NCBI GenBank assembly: GCA_963696385.1
Contig: CAVOKF010000003.1
Span: 672,001 to 736,000 of the forward strand
DNA from: an uncultured delta proteobacterium
GTDB lineage: Bacteria; Myxococcota_A; Polyangia; Polyangiales; Polyangiaceae
Length of the DNA: 64,000 bases
Direction: 5' to 3'
The position numbers and the translations under genes were made by a program. The notes below the pieces were generated by a model. It had not been told where the DNA came from, made no database searches, and was given only the letters and a program-made list of their open reading frames with translations. Below are positions 52,665-62,303 of the stretch, in pieces; within the stretch, counting starts at the first letter, position 1; each line of letters opens with the position of its first letter.

Positions 52665-53552
52665 ATGCGCTTGCGCACGTTCGCCCCGCTGCTTTTGCTT
52701 GTCACCCCAATCGCGACGCCCGCCTGCGCAAAACCAGGGGGCGACTGCAGCGAAACGCCCGGGAGCTGCGCGAACAAGACCTCTCATCTCGTGTGCGTCA
52801 AAGGCAAGTATGTGCTCGAGACATGCAAGGGGCCGGGCGGCTGTGCCGACGACACGGCGCTCGTGTGCGACAGCACCCGCGCAGACATCGGCGACGGATG
52901 CGGACACGACGGCGCGCGCGCATGCAGCACCGACGGCAGCAAAGAGCTGCGATGCCGCGATGGCCAATTCGCCGTGGAATGGAGTTGCCGGGGCGGGTGC
53001 ACCCTCGACGCCAGCAAGAATCCCAAGTGCACCCCGACGGGGGAGGTCGGCGACCTGTGCCGAACCGACTCAATCGTTTGCGACGGCAAAGGCAAAACGC
53101 AGCTCTCGTGCGTCGAAGGCAAGCTCGCAGCGACGCGCACGTGTCACGGCGCGCTGGGCTGCCAGACCGCACCGGGCGGAGGGGTACGATGCGACCGCAC
53201 TCAGGCGCTCGAAGGGGAAGATTGCCGCGAAGAGGGTGCGGGCGCGTGCGATATGACCCGAAAGAACGTGCTTGTCTGCCAAGGCGGCCACTTCAAGACT
53301 CAGCTGCACTGCCTCGGCCCGTTGGGCTGCGAGCTCCCCGGAAACTACAGTGAACGCTGCGACAAGAGCATCGTCGAACTCGACGAGCCCTGTACGGAAG
53401 AGGGCGCCATTTCCTGCTCGACGGACGGCAAGCAAGTCAAGTGCACCGACGGCAAATTCTCTATCGACAAGAAATGGAAGCCCGCGAAGGGCGAGACATG
53501 CAGCGTGCGCTACCGAATGAGCCTCGAGACGGAAAAGTTCGAAGCGCGCTGA
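52665..53552 (+). CDS. Cys-rich repeat putative lipoprotein
   Basis: Signal peptide ending TPAC; 29 Cys in four 6-Cys units of ~53 aa plus a partial fifth. Confidence 0.8.
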   Translation: MRLRTFAPLLLLVTPIATPACAKPGGDCSETPGSCANKTSHLVCVKGKYVLETCKGPGGCADDTALVCDSTRADIGDGCGHDGARACSTDGSKELRCRDGQFAVEWSCRGGCTLDASKNPKCTPTGEVGDLCRTDSIVCDGKGKTQLSCVEGKLAATRTCHGALGCQTAPGGGVRCDRTQALEGEDCREEGAGACDMTRKNVLVCQGGHFKTQLHCLGPLGCELPGNYSERCDKSIVELDEPCTEEGAISCSTDGKQVKCTDGKFSIDKKWKPAKGETCSVRYRMSLETEKFEAR

Positions 53553-53573
53553 GTCGACTCCACGTCCTGCGCT

Positions 53574-54345
53574 TCACGGCCACGAAACGGAGTACCCCAG
53601 CCAGGAGTACACCGCACGCCCGAGATATTCCCGCAGCGCCGTCGAACTCTCGGCCAGCGAATCCGCGCGCGGCAACCACGAACCCGTGAAACGGGTCGGA
53701 TCGTACGACCTGAAGTCGACCGGCCACGTATCGAAATCGAGGCCGGCGCGGCGAACGCAGCCGGCCGCTCGCTTCAGGTGGAACGCACTCGTCACGAGCA
53801 ACAGCCGAGTCCATCCTTTCAGCCGAACGATGCGAGCCACTTCGATCGCGTTCTCGTGCGTGTTACGGCTTCGGTCGTCGACCGCAATGCGGTCGGCTGC
53901 GATGCCCCATGATTCGAGCTGCCGTTCGAGAACGACCGACTCGGGCAAGGGGTTGTCCTCGGCGGCGCGCCCTCCCGCCAAAAGCGCGTAGCGAGCGCGT
54001 CCGGTTCTCAGGGAGATCGAACCCGGCAAGCAGACGGTCGGCGGCATCGGTGTAGTTGGGAACTGCGGGCTTCTGGTCGACCACCCCGCCCAGCACGATG
54101 ACCGCGTCGTACGGCGCCGTCCAGCGAGCCGTCGCTCGCGCAGATGACTCCAGCCCGCGCAAGAGTGCATTGGCCACCGGCTCCGTGCTGAAGAGATACA
54201 GAATTGCCAGCCCGGAAGCTGGAGCGGCGAGCGTCAGCCGCGCGACCTTCCTACTTGCCCCCCAGAGGCCCGCGGCGCCGAGGGCCAACGCCCACACGAG
54301 CGGCGTCGCGAGCGTGTCGACCGTCTTGGATAGGAAAAAAAACAC
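53574..54345 (-). pseudogene. YdcF/DUF218 (ElyC-like) protein, +1 frameshift at ~54012
   Basis: MFFFLSK...AVIVLGG...DRL in one frame; SRNTHENA, LLVTSAFHLKRA, REYLG in the next; one extra C in CTCCCTG. Confidence 0.8.
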
Positions 54346-54388
54346 CGCCTTGGCAAGCTTAGCGTGGGCTCGTTGTCGCGATCCCGGC

Positions 54389-55180
54389 TCACGACCTCCT
54401 CAAGCCCGTCGCGTTCGTCAGCAACATCTCTCGGACTGCAGCGGCCCGCTCGCGTGCGACCGGGACCCGCACACCACGCCCGGCATCCGCGACGCTGGCA
54501 CCCACGAAGAGCTTGGTTTCGTGACCGTCGCGTTCGAGTTCCTTGATGTGCGTCGCGTTGACCAGCCAATTTCGGTGTACGCGCACGAACGCCCGCCCGA
54601 ACGAGGTCTCGACGGCAGCCAACGACAAATCGATGTCGAACAAGCCGTGAGTCGTGTGCACGAACGTCAGCCGGTCCGCTGCTTCGAATGCCCAGATTTC
54701 ATGCGGCTGCAGGAACACGAGGCTGCGTTTTCGGCGAGCGACGATGCGGGGTGGCCCGTTGCTCGGCACGCGCGCTTCGGCGCGGTGATGATGCAACCGC
54801 CGAAGACATTGACCTACGCGGTCTTCGCTGAACGGCTTGAGCAGGTAATCGACGGCGCCGAGATCGAACGCCGCGAGCGCATGCTCATCGAATGCCGTCG
54901 CGAAAACGAACATCGGCGCCGTCGGCTGGTCTGCGACCTCCCGCACGAGGGTGAGCCCGGTTTCGCCAGGCGACGCACCCTCAAGCGAAATGTCCACGAA
55001 CACGACGTCGACGCCGACCCCCAAGGCGTCGACCGCGAGCGCCTGCCGTGCCTCGTCCATGCTCCCGACGGCGCCGACGACCTCCGCGAGTCCGGACGAT
55101 TCGAGCAATTCGACCAAGTAGTTGCGCGCAGGCCACTCGTCTTCGACGACGAGAGCGCGCAGCGGAGGCGGTACCGACAC
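54389..55180 (-). CDS. LytTR-family response regulator
   Basis: REC (VVEDE, FVDI, FATAFDEHALAAF, DYLLKP) plus LytTR FVRVHRNWLVN. Confidence 0.93.
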   Translation of the reverse strand: MSVPPPLRALVVEDEWPARNYLVELLESSGLAEVVGAVGSMDEARQALAVDALGVGVDVVFVDISLEGASPGETGLTLVREVADQPTAPMFVFATAFDEHALAAFDLGAVDYLLKPFSEDRVGQCLRRLHHHRAEARVPSNGPPRIVARRKRSLVFLQPHEIWAFEAADRLTFVHTTHGLFDIDLSLAAVETSFGRAFVRVHRNWLVNATHIKELERDGHETKLFVGASVADAGRGVRVPVARERAAAVREMLLTNATGLRRS

Positions 55181-55183
55181 GAG

Positions 55184-56311
55184 CTACTCGCCCGCGCCAG
55201 CGATTTCGACAATCGCCCGCGTTCCTGTGCTCGATGACTCGAACCGAAGCGATGCGTGTGACGCTTCGAGCTCGAGCCGACGCCGCACCGACTGCAGGCC
55301 GAAGGCCCCCTCACGGACGTCGGCCTCATGCATGCCGGGGCCATTGTCCTCGATGATGCACACGAGAGAACCACCCGCACCCCCGGATGCGCGGATCACC
55401 ACTTCGCCTGCGCCGTCGGGTCGTCGCAGCGCGCCGTGTTTGACGGCATTCTCGACGAGCGGCTGCAGAAGCATGCGGGGAATCATCGCGCCTGCGCTTT
55501 CCGGAGCCACGTCCCAACCGAAACGAAGGACGCCGTGATGGCGCGCTTCGAGGATCTGCGCGTATCTCCGCAGCCACGCAATCTGCTTGTCGAGGCGCTG
55601 CGTCTCACTCGTTTCCTGTACCGCGTCGCGCAGCAGGTCGCCCAGACACACCAGCAAGTGCCTGGCTTCGCGCGGCTCCTCGGTGACCAGTCCCGCGATC
55701 GCATTCAGCGTATTAAGCAGGAAGTGCGGCTCGAGGTGCAATCGCAGAGTCGAAAGCTCCGCTTGCGTTCGCAAATGCTGGGCTTCAAGGGAGCGGACCC
55801 CGGCGCTCTCCACAGCGAACGGGTACACAAACGCCAACGTCCAAATGCCGAAGTACAGCTGCGCGTTGATGGCGCCGAAGAGAACCGAGCGCAGGAGACT
55901 CGCCCCATTCGGGTGATGCAGCCGAAGCTCCGGCACGTGCATCGCGACGACCCCGTAGAGCAGCCCGAAGACACAACCGATGCCGGTGACGATGATCACG
56001 CCGGCGCCGAGGCCCTGCGTCGCGCTCATCCGCCGTCGAACCGACCAGGCGAACGAAGCCGACAGCGCCAGCATGAGGATCGACAGCTCAAAGGACATGA
56101 AAATCAGCTGCGCGACAATGCGAGCCGTCTCACGTCCGGCGATAAAGTCTTTCGCGACCTGCAGAACCATCACGCCCGCGACGACCAGCGCACCGAGGAC
56201 GCGGCGGGGCCGAACGAGCGGCGGCGTACGCACCGAAATCGCTCGTGCTTGGACCACCCGCTCATCGAGCCGAGACGCGGTCGAAAATGAACCGGCGCTT
56301 GGCACGATCAT
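55184..56311 (-). CDS. LytS-like sensor histidine kinase
   Basis: Four TM segments, LEPHFLLNTLN, LQPLVENAVKHG, EDNGPG, FGLQSVRRRL. Confidence 0.93.
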   Translation of the reverse strand: MIVPSAGSFSTASRLDERVVQARAISVRTPPLVRPRRVLGALVVAGVMVLQVAKDFIAGRETARIVAQLIFMSFELSILMLALSASFAWSVRRRMSATQGLGAGVIIVTGIGCVFGLLYGVVAMHVPELRLHHPNGASLLRSVLFGAINAQLYFGIWTLAFVYPFAVESAGVRSLEAQHLRTQAELSTLRLHLEPHFLLNTLNAIAGLVTEEPREARHLLVCLGDLLRDAVQETSETQRLDKQIAWLRRYAQILEARHHGVLRFGWDVAPESAGAMIPRMLLQPLVENAVKHGALRRPDGAGEVVIRASGGAGGSLVCIIEDNGPGMHEADVREGAFGLQSVRRRLELEASHASLRFESSSTGTRAIVEIAGAGE

Positions 56312-56370
56312 GGCTTCGATTCTACATTGCCACGGCGCCCGCTGCTGCGCTGCCGGTCGGTAGGCCACCG

Positions 56371-56400
56371 CGCCTCGTCCGAACATTTTCACGGGTCGTC
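56371..56400 (+). promoter_or_regulatory. Candidate LytTR binding site (9-12-9 direct repeat)
   Basis: CGCCTCGTC (56371) and CGGGTCGTC (56392), 12-bp spacer. Confidence 0.45.
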
Positions 56401-56455
56401 GTTTGCGACGAGGTGCCGGCGATACCTAAGGCATCGTATCCTCGCGCCATTCGAT

Positions 56456-57919
56456 ATGTGGACCCGACGTCTAGTCTGCACGCTCTCCACCCTTGCGCCC
56501 ATCGTGTTCGGTCTCGATTCGGCCATCGCTCAGGAGGGCGTCCCGGCTTCCGAACCCCCGCAGCCGCGACACGGCGAGACGCCTGCGTCGAGCGCACCGC
56601 CGACCGGTCCCGCAGCGACCCGCATTGTGAATTTGCAGGCGCTGGAGCGCTTCGCCGTCACGCGTCAACCGCAAATGCTCGTGGCGCAAGCGCAAATCAG
56701 CATCGCCCAAGGGAATGTCGAGCAGGCCCGATCGCCGTTTCTCCCCCAAATCGCCGCCGTCGCGCAGTACTCGTACGGCAACTCGATTCGACCGTACGCC
56801 GTCACGACCTCGACCCCAACGAGCGGCACGGGAACGGGAACGGGTACGGGTACGACCACGACGATGACGACCACCTCCACCGGAGGTACGAGCCTATCGT
56901 TCTCGAGCGCCTCGGGGTTCTGGGACTTCGGACTGAGCGGCACGCAGCTCATCTACGACTTCGGCCAGACCGCTGGAAGGTACCGATCTGCCAAGGAGAC
57001 TCTCGAGTCGCAACGCTTCGCGGAAAGGACGACGCTGCTGCAGGTGCTTCTCGCCGTTCGGCGGGCTTACTTCACCGCCCGCGCGAACAAGGAGTTGGTG
57101 GATGTCCAGCGCGACACGCTTCGCGATCAGGAGAGCCATCTCACGCAGGTGCAAGGAATGGTCCAGGTCGGCACGCAACCTCAAATCGCGCTCGTGACGC
57201 AGAAGGCGGCGGTCGCCAACGCCCAAGTGCAGCTCATCACCGCACAAAACAACTACGAAACGGCCAAGGCGCAGCTCAACCAAGCCGCCGGAGTCACGGG
57301 CGGAACCGACTACGATGTGGGTAACGAACTCGTCCCTCCGGTCGATGACGAGGAGCAGCCGCTCGACACGCTCGTGAATAAGGCCATGCAGGCGCGACCG
57401 GAGCTGGCGACACTGGAACGACAGCGTTCGGCGCAGGAAGCTTCCGTCAGCGCCGCGAAGGGGGGCTACGGACCCACCCTGTCCGCGACGGGCAGCGTGG
57501 CCGAAGAGGGCCTCGCGCTCGATGGCTTGCAGCCGGCGTGGAGTGTCGGCGGGCTCATCTCGTGGCCGATTTTCCAAGGCGGGCTCACCTATGGCCAAGT
57601 CCACTCCGCCGAGGCGACGCTCTCGAGTATCGAAGCGCAGCGAACGCTCGAAGAGCTTCAGGTGCGGCTCGACGTCGATTCGGCGCAGCTCGCAGTGCGC
57701 GCCGGCAAGGCGACCATCGGCGCCTCGGAAGACGCCGTGGCCAATGCCCGAGACCAATTGCGGCTGGCCGAGCAACGCTATGCGACCGGAGTCGGAAACA
57801 TCATCGAGCTCGACGACGCACAAGTCGCTTATACAGCAGCGGCAGCACAACTCGTTCAGGCGCGCTATGCCCTCGCGACCGCTCGAGCCCAGCTTCTCGC
57901 CGCCTTGGGACGAACATGA
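56456..57919 (+). CDS. TolC-family outer membrane efflux protein
   Basis: ARSPFLPQI, QLIYDFG, VRRAYF, ARPEL, WPIFQGG, RYATGVGNIIELDDAQ. Confidence 0.92.
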   Translation: MWTRRLVCTLSTLAPIVFGLDSAIAQEGVPASEPPQPRHGETPASSAPPTGPAATRIVNLQALERFAVTRQPQMLVAQAQISIAQGNVEQARSPFLPQIAAVAQYSYGNSIRPYAVTTSTPTSGTGTGTGTGTTTTMTTTSTGGTSLSFSSASGFWDFGLSGTQLIYDFGQTAGRYRSAKETLESQRFAERTTLLQVLLAVRRAYFTARANKELVDVQRDTLRDQESHLTQVQGMVQVGTQPQIALVTQKAAVANAQVQLITAQNNYETAKAQLNQAAGVTGGTDYDVGNELVPPVDDEEQPLDTLVNKAMQARPELATLERQRSAQEASVSAAKGGYGPTLSATGSVAEEGLALDGLQPAWSVGGLISWPIFQGGLTYGQVHSAEATLSSIEAQRTLEELQVRLDVDSAQLAVRAGKATIGASEDAVANARDQLRLAEQRYATGVGNIIELDDAQVAYTAAAAQLVQARYALATARAQLLAALGRT

Positions 57920-59193
57920 TTCATGACAATCCGATGACCGTCGGCTCTCCAGGAGGAACCGCGATCTCGCCGCCCAGGCGCTCTCCGTGGATGCGGCTCG
58001 GTCTCGTAGCCCTGCTCGCCGCGACCGTCGCCGGCACGACGTGGATGGTGCGCGCGCGCGAGCGAGCGAGCGCCACGCAAGCCGCAGGAGCTGCCCGCGC
58101 CGCGGCGGAGCGGCAGACCCCCGTGCTGACGGCGCCGGTGGTGGAGCGCGACGTTTCCGTTTGGCGTGAAGGCCTGGGCAACGTCAGTGCCTTCTACACC
58201 GTCACGGTGAAGACTCTGGTCGACGGACGCATCGACCGGGTCCTTTTCAAAGAGGGCCAGAAGGTCAAGAAGGGCGACGTTCTTATCCAGATTGACCCTC
58301 GCCCGTTTGAGATTCAATTGCTGTCCGCCCAAGCCGCGCTCGAGCGCGACCAGGCCCAGCTGAAGAACGGACAGGTCAACGCGGATCGATACAAGACGCT
58401 GAGCCAGCAGAACCTCATTGCAGTGCAGCAATACACCGACCAGGCGGCGACGGTCGCGCAGCTCGACGGACAGGTCAAAGGGGACCAAGCGGCCATCGAC
58501 ACCGCGAAGCTGAACTTGGACTACGCGCGAATCACGTCGCCGATCGACGGCGTGGTCGGCATCCGCCTCGTGGATCCGGGCAACGTCGTCCACGCGAGCG
58601 ACACGGGGGGCCTCGTTGTGCTGACCCAGCTCGACCCCATCGCCGTGTTCTTTACGTTGCCCGAAGACGATCTCCCGACCATCAGCAAGGCCATGGCGGC
58701 GGGCCCGCTCACCGTCGACGCGTACAGCCGCGACGGCGCGACCCGGCTCGCCGAAGGCAAACTCCTCGTGATCGACAATCAAATCAATCAGGCCACGGCC
58801 ACGCTTCGATTGAAGGCCGTGTTCGACAATCCGCAGAACATTCTTTGGCCCAACGCTTTCGTCAAGGCCCGCCTGCACATCGCGACGCGCCGCAAGGCGG
58901 TCGTCATGCCCGCCGCAGCGATCCAGCGCGGGCCTCAGGGCATGTTCGTGTACGTGGCCACTGCCGAGGGGACCGCCGCCGCGCGGCCTGTCGAAATTGC
59001 ACTCACGCAAGGAGAAATCGCGGTCGTAGCCAAGGGGGTCAACGTCGGCGACCAAATCGTCGTCGAAGGGCAGGCCCAGCTCCGTCCGGGAGCCAAAATC
59101 GCTGCCAAGCCCGCGCCTGCCTCGTTGGCCTCCGGTTCGGCTTCTGGGTCGCCCCCGGGCGGCGCCGGAGACCCCGGAGGGCCCTCGCCTTGA
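57916..59193 (+). CDS. mdtA: RND efflux membrane fusion protein (MdtA-like)
   Basis: VDGRIDRVLFKEGQKVKKGD, IDPRPF, ITSPIDGVVGIRLVDPGN, IDNQINQAT. Confidence 0.88.
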   Translation: MIHDNPMTVGSPGGTAISPPRRSPWMRLGLVALLAATVAGTTWMVRARERASATQAAGAARAAAERQTPVLTAPVVERDVSVWREGLGNVSAFYTVTVKTLVDGRIDRVLFKEGQKVKKGDVLIQIDPRPFEIQLLSAQAALERDQAQLKNGQVNADRYKTLSQQNLIAVQQYTDQAATVAQLDGQVKGDQAAIDTAKLNLDYARITSPIDGVVGIRLVDPGNVVHASDTGGLVVLTQLDPIAVFFTLPEDDLPTISKAMAAGPLTVDAYSRDGATRLAEGKLLVIDNQINQATATLRLKAVFDNPQNILWPNAFVKARLHIATRRKAVVMPAAAIQRGPQGMFVYVATAEGTAAARPVEIALTQGEIAVVAKGVNVGDQIVVEGQAQLRPGAKIAAKPAPASLASGSASGSPPGGAGDPGGPSP

Positions 59194-62100
59194 GCGGGGT
59201 GTCCGAGCCGTTCATCCGGAGGCCGGTCGCCACGACTCTTCTGATGGTCGGCCTCTTGCTGGCCGGGGTGGTCGCCTTCGCGCAATTACCCGTCGCCGCG
59301 CTGCCTCAAGTCGACTACCCGACCATCGTCGTCTCGACGGCACTGCCCGGCGGCAGCGCCGCGACGATGGCGTCCGCCGTGACGACGCCCCTCGAACGCC
59401 AGTTCGGCCAGATGCCCGCGCTCACGCAGATGACGAGCGTGTCGAGCTTCGGCTATTCGCAGGTCACGCTGCAGTTCGATCTGGACCGCAGCATCGACGC
59501 CGCGCAGCAAGACGTCCAGGCCGCCATCAATGCCGCTTCGAGCCTGCTTCCCCCGCAGCTGCCGACCCCGCCCACGTATTCGAAAAGCAACCCCGCGGAC
59601 CAGCCGATCCTCACTCTGGCGATCAGCTCGGAAGTCCTGCCGCTGGAAGACGTCGACGACTACGCCGACTCGATCCTCGCGCAAAAAATCTCTCAAGTTT
59701 CCGGTGTGGGCCTCGTGACGATCAACGGCGGGCAAAAGCCGGCGGTGCGCGTGCAGATCGATCCCGAAGCACTGGCAGGGACCGTTCTGACGATGGAGGA
59801 CGTACGCCAGTCCTTGGTCGCCGCGAACATCAACGAGCCGAAAGGCAATCTCGACGGTCCGCGACAAGACTACGTGTTGTCCACGAACGATCAGCTCTAC
59901 AAAGCCAACGGATTCAAGCCACTGGTCATCGCGTATGTGAACGGATCGCCGGTACGCCTCGAAGACGTTGCGACGGTCGTCGATGGCGTCGAAAATTCTC
60001 AGCTCGCGGGATGGTCTGGCGACAAGCGCGCCATCATTTTGAACGTGCAGAGGCAGCCCGGCGCGAACGTCATCCAAGTTGCCGACCGCGTGAAGGCCTT
60101 GCTCCCTCACCTGACCGCGTCGCTGCCGCAAGGACTGGACGTCAAGGTCCTGAGCGACCGGACCGAAACCGTCCGCGCCTCCGTGGAGGACGTCGAACGG
60201 ACACTCGTCATCACGATCGGACTGGTGGTCGCGGTCATCTTCCTTTTCTTGCGCAGCGTACGCGCGACCCTCATTCCAAGCGTCGCGGTGCCCCTGTCGT
60301 TGATCGGCACGTTCGGCGTGATGTACATCGTTGGTTACAGCCTGAACAATCTGTCGCTGATGGCGCTCACGATCGCGACGGGCTTTGTCGTCGACGACGC
60401 CATCGTCATGATCGAGAACATCGCCCGCTACATCGAGGAGGGCGAGAAGCCGTTCGACGCGGCCCTCAAAGGGGCGGGCCAGATCGGCTTTACCATCGTT
60501 TCCTTGACCGTGTCCCTGATCGCAGTGCTCATCCCCCTTCTCTTCATGGGAGGGCTCATCGGACGCCTGTTCCGAGAGTTCGCGGTCACTCTGGCGGCCT
60601 CGATCGCGGTGTCGGCACTTCTCTCGCTCACGCTCACGGCCATGATGTGCGCGCACCTGCTTCGCCCCGAGCCCAAGGCAGAGGCGAGGAGTACCCTGTA
60701 TCGCTGGTCGGAAGCGGGATTCGATCGCGCGCTTGCGCTTTACGACAGCGGGTTGAAGTTCGTGTTGCGCCATCGGCTCGCAACACTGCTCGTCACCATC
60801 GGCACGTTCGTTTTGACGATCGTCCTGGCGGTCGACGTTCCCAAGGGCTTCTTTCCACAGCAAGACACCGGCGCCATTTTGGGGGTGACCGAAGCCTCGC
60901 CCGACGTGTCGTTCACGAAGATGATGGCGCTGCAACGCGAGGCGGCCGATGCCGTCCTGACCGACCCCGACGTCCTGAATGTTGCCTCGTTCATCGGGTC
61001 GGATGGCACGAACCCAACGACGAACAGCGGGCGGCTGTCGATCACGCTCAAGCCCCTCGCGGATCGCGGGGCGAACGCCGACGCCATCATCGCGCGTCTG
61101 CAGCCCAAACTGGCGCGAATCGACGGACTGACGTCATTTCTGCAGTCCGTCCAGGACTTGCAAATCGACAGCCGCGTCAGCCGGACACAGTTCCAGTACA
61201 CGCTCGAAGATGCCGACCCGAAGGAGCTCACCCAGTGGGCGCCGAGACTTTTGACCGAGCTGCGCAAAGAGCACGTCCTCACGGACGTGACCAGCGATCA
61301 GGAAGAATCCGGACTCCAGGTGTCTCTCACCATCGACCGCGACACGGCATCGCGGCTCGGAATCTCGCTGCAGACCATCGACGACACACTGTACGACGCC
61401 TTCGGGCAGCGCCAGGTTTCGATTATTTTTACCCAACTCAACCTGTACCGCGTCATCCTCGAAGTGAAGCCCGATCTGGCCCGCTCCTCGCAGGCACTCG
61501 ACAGACTCTTCGTGCGATCGATCAATGGGACGCCCACACCACTCAGCGCCATGGTCCACTGGTCCACGACAACGGCGTCACTCGCGATCAACCATCAAGG
61601 ACAGTTCCCGGCGGTGACGATTTCGTTCAACCTTGCCGGCGGGCAATCCCTGGGTGACGCCGTGACGGCGATTCATGACGCGCAGCGTCGGATCGGCATT
61701 CCTCCGAGCGTTCACGCCGAATTCGTCGGAACTGCGCAGGCCTTCAACCAGTCGCTCGCGAGCGAACCGGTGCTGATCCTCGCCGCAGTGATCACGGTCT
61801 ATATCGTTCTCGGAGTGCTCTACGAGAGCTACATCCATCCGATTACGATCTTGTCGACGCTGCCGTCCGCCGGCGTCGGGGCCCTGCTTGCGCTGTACGT
61901 CTGCAAGACGGACTTCAGCGTGATCGCGCTCATCGGCATCATTCTGCTCATCGGCATCGTCAAGAAGAACGCGATCATGATGATCGACTTCGCGCTCGAA
62001 GCGGAGCGACAGCATGGGATGTCGCCCGAAGCGTCGATTCATCAGGCGTGTCTGCTCCGCTTCCGCCCCATCATGATGACGACGATGGCGGCACTGCTCG

Positions 62101-62303
62101 GGGGGCTACCGCTCGCGCTCGGAACGGGGATGGGCTCGGAGCTCCGGCGGCCTCTCGGTATCACCATCGTCGGAGGACTGCTTATCTCGCAGGTGCTGAC
62201 GCTCTACACGACGCCCGTCGTTTACCTTTACATGGACCGACTGGGCGAGTGGCTATCGAAGGCCGCCGGCCGCCGGCCCGCGGAGGTTCAAGCGCTGCCG
62301 TGA
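59190..62303 (+). CDS. mdtB: RND efflux transporter (MdtB-like)
   Basis: PFIRRPVATTLL, LPQVDYPTI, GFVVDDAIVMIENI, GIVKKNAIMMIDFAL, RFRPIMMTT. Confidence 0.9.
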   Translation: MSGVSEPFIRRPVATTLLMVGLLLAGVVAFAQLPVAALPQVDYPTIVVSTALPGGSAATMASAVTTPLERQFGQMPALTQMTSVSSFGYSQVTLQFDLDRSIDAAQQDVQAAINAASSLLPPQLPTPPTYSKSNPADQPILTLAISSEVLPLEDVDDYADSILAQKISQVSGVGLVTINGGQKPAVRVQIDPEALAGTVLTMEDVRQSLVAANINEPKGNLDGPRQDYVLSTNDQLYKANGFKPLVIAYVNGSPVRLEDVATVVDGVENSQLAGWSGDKRAIILNVQRQPGANVIQVADRVKALLPHLTASLPQGLDVKVLSDRTETVRASVEDVERTLVITIGLVVAVIFLFLRSVRATLIPSVAVPLSLIGTFGVMYIVGYSLNNLSLMALTIATGFVVDDAIVMIENIARYIEEGEKPFDAALKGAGQIGFTIVSLTVSLIAVLIPLLFMGGLIGRLFREFAVTLAASIAVSALLSLTLTAMMCAHLLRPEPKAEARSTLYRWSEAGFDRALALYDSGLKFVLRHRLATLLVTIGTFVLTIVLAVDVPKGFFPQQDTGAILGVTEASPDVSFTKMMALQREAADAVLTDPDVLNVASFIGSDGTNPTTNSGRLSITLKPLADRGANADAIIARLQPKLARIDGLTSFLQSVQDLQIDSRVSRTQFQYTLEDADPKELTQWAPRLLTELRKEHVLTDVTSDQEESGLQVSLTIDRDTASRLGISLQTIDDTLYDAFGQRQVSIIFTQLNLYRVILEVKPDLARSSQALDRLFVRSINGTPTPLSAMVHWSTTTASLAINHQGQFPAVTISFNLAGGQSLGDAVTAIHDAQRRIGIPPSVHAEFVGTAQAFNQSLASEPVLILAAVITVYIVLGVLYESYIHPITILSTLPSAGVGALLALYVCKTDFSVIALIGIILLIGIVKKNAIMMIDFALEAERQHGMSPEASIHQACLLRFRPIMMTTMAALLGGLPLALGTGMGSELRRPLGITIVGGLLISQVLTLYTTPVVYLYMDRLGEWLSKAAGRRPAEVQALP

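Noticed and set aside
54335..54342. A8 run at the start of the YdcF-like gene as a phase-variation tract
   Set aside because: It encodes the expected MFFFL N-terminus in frame; the actual frameshift is ~330 nt downstream.
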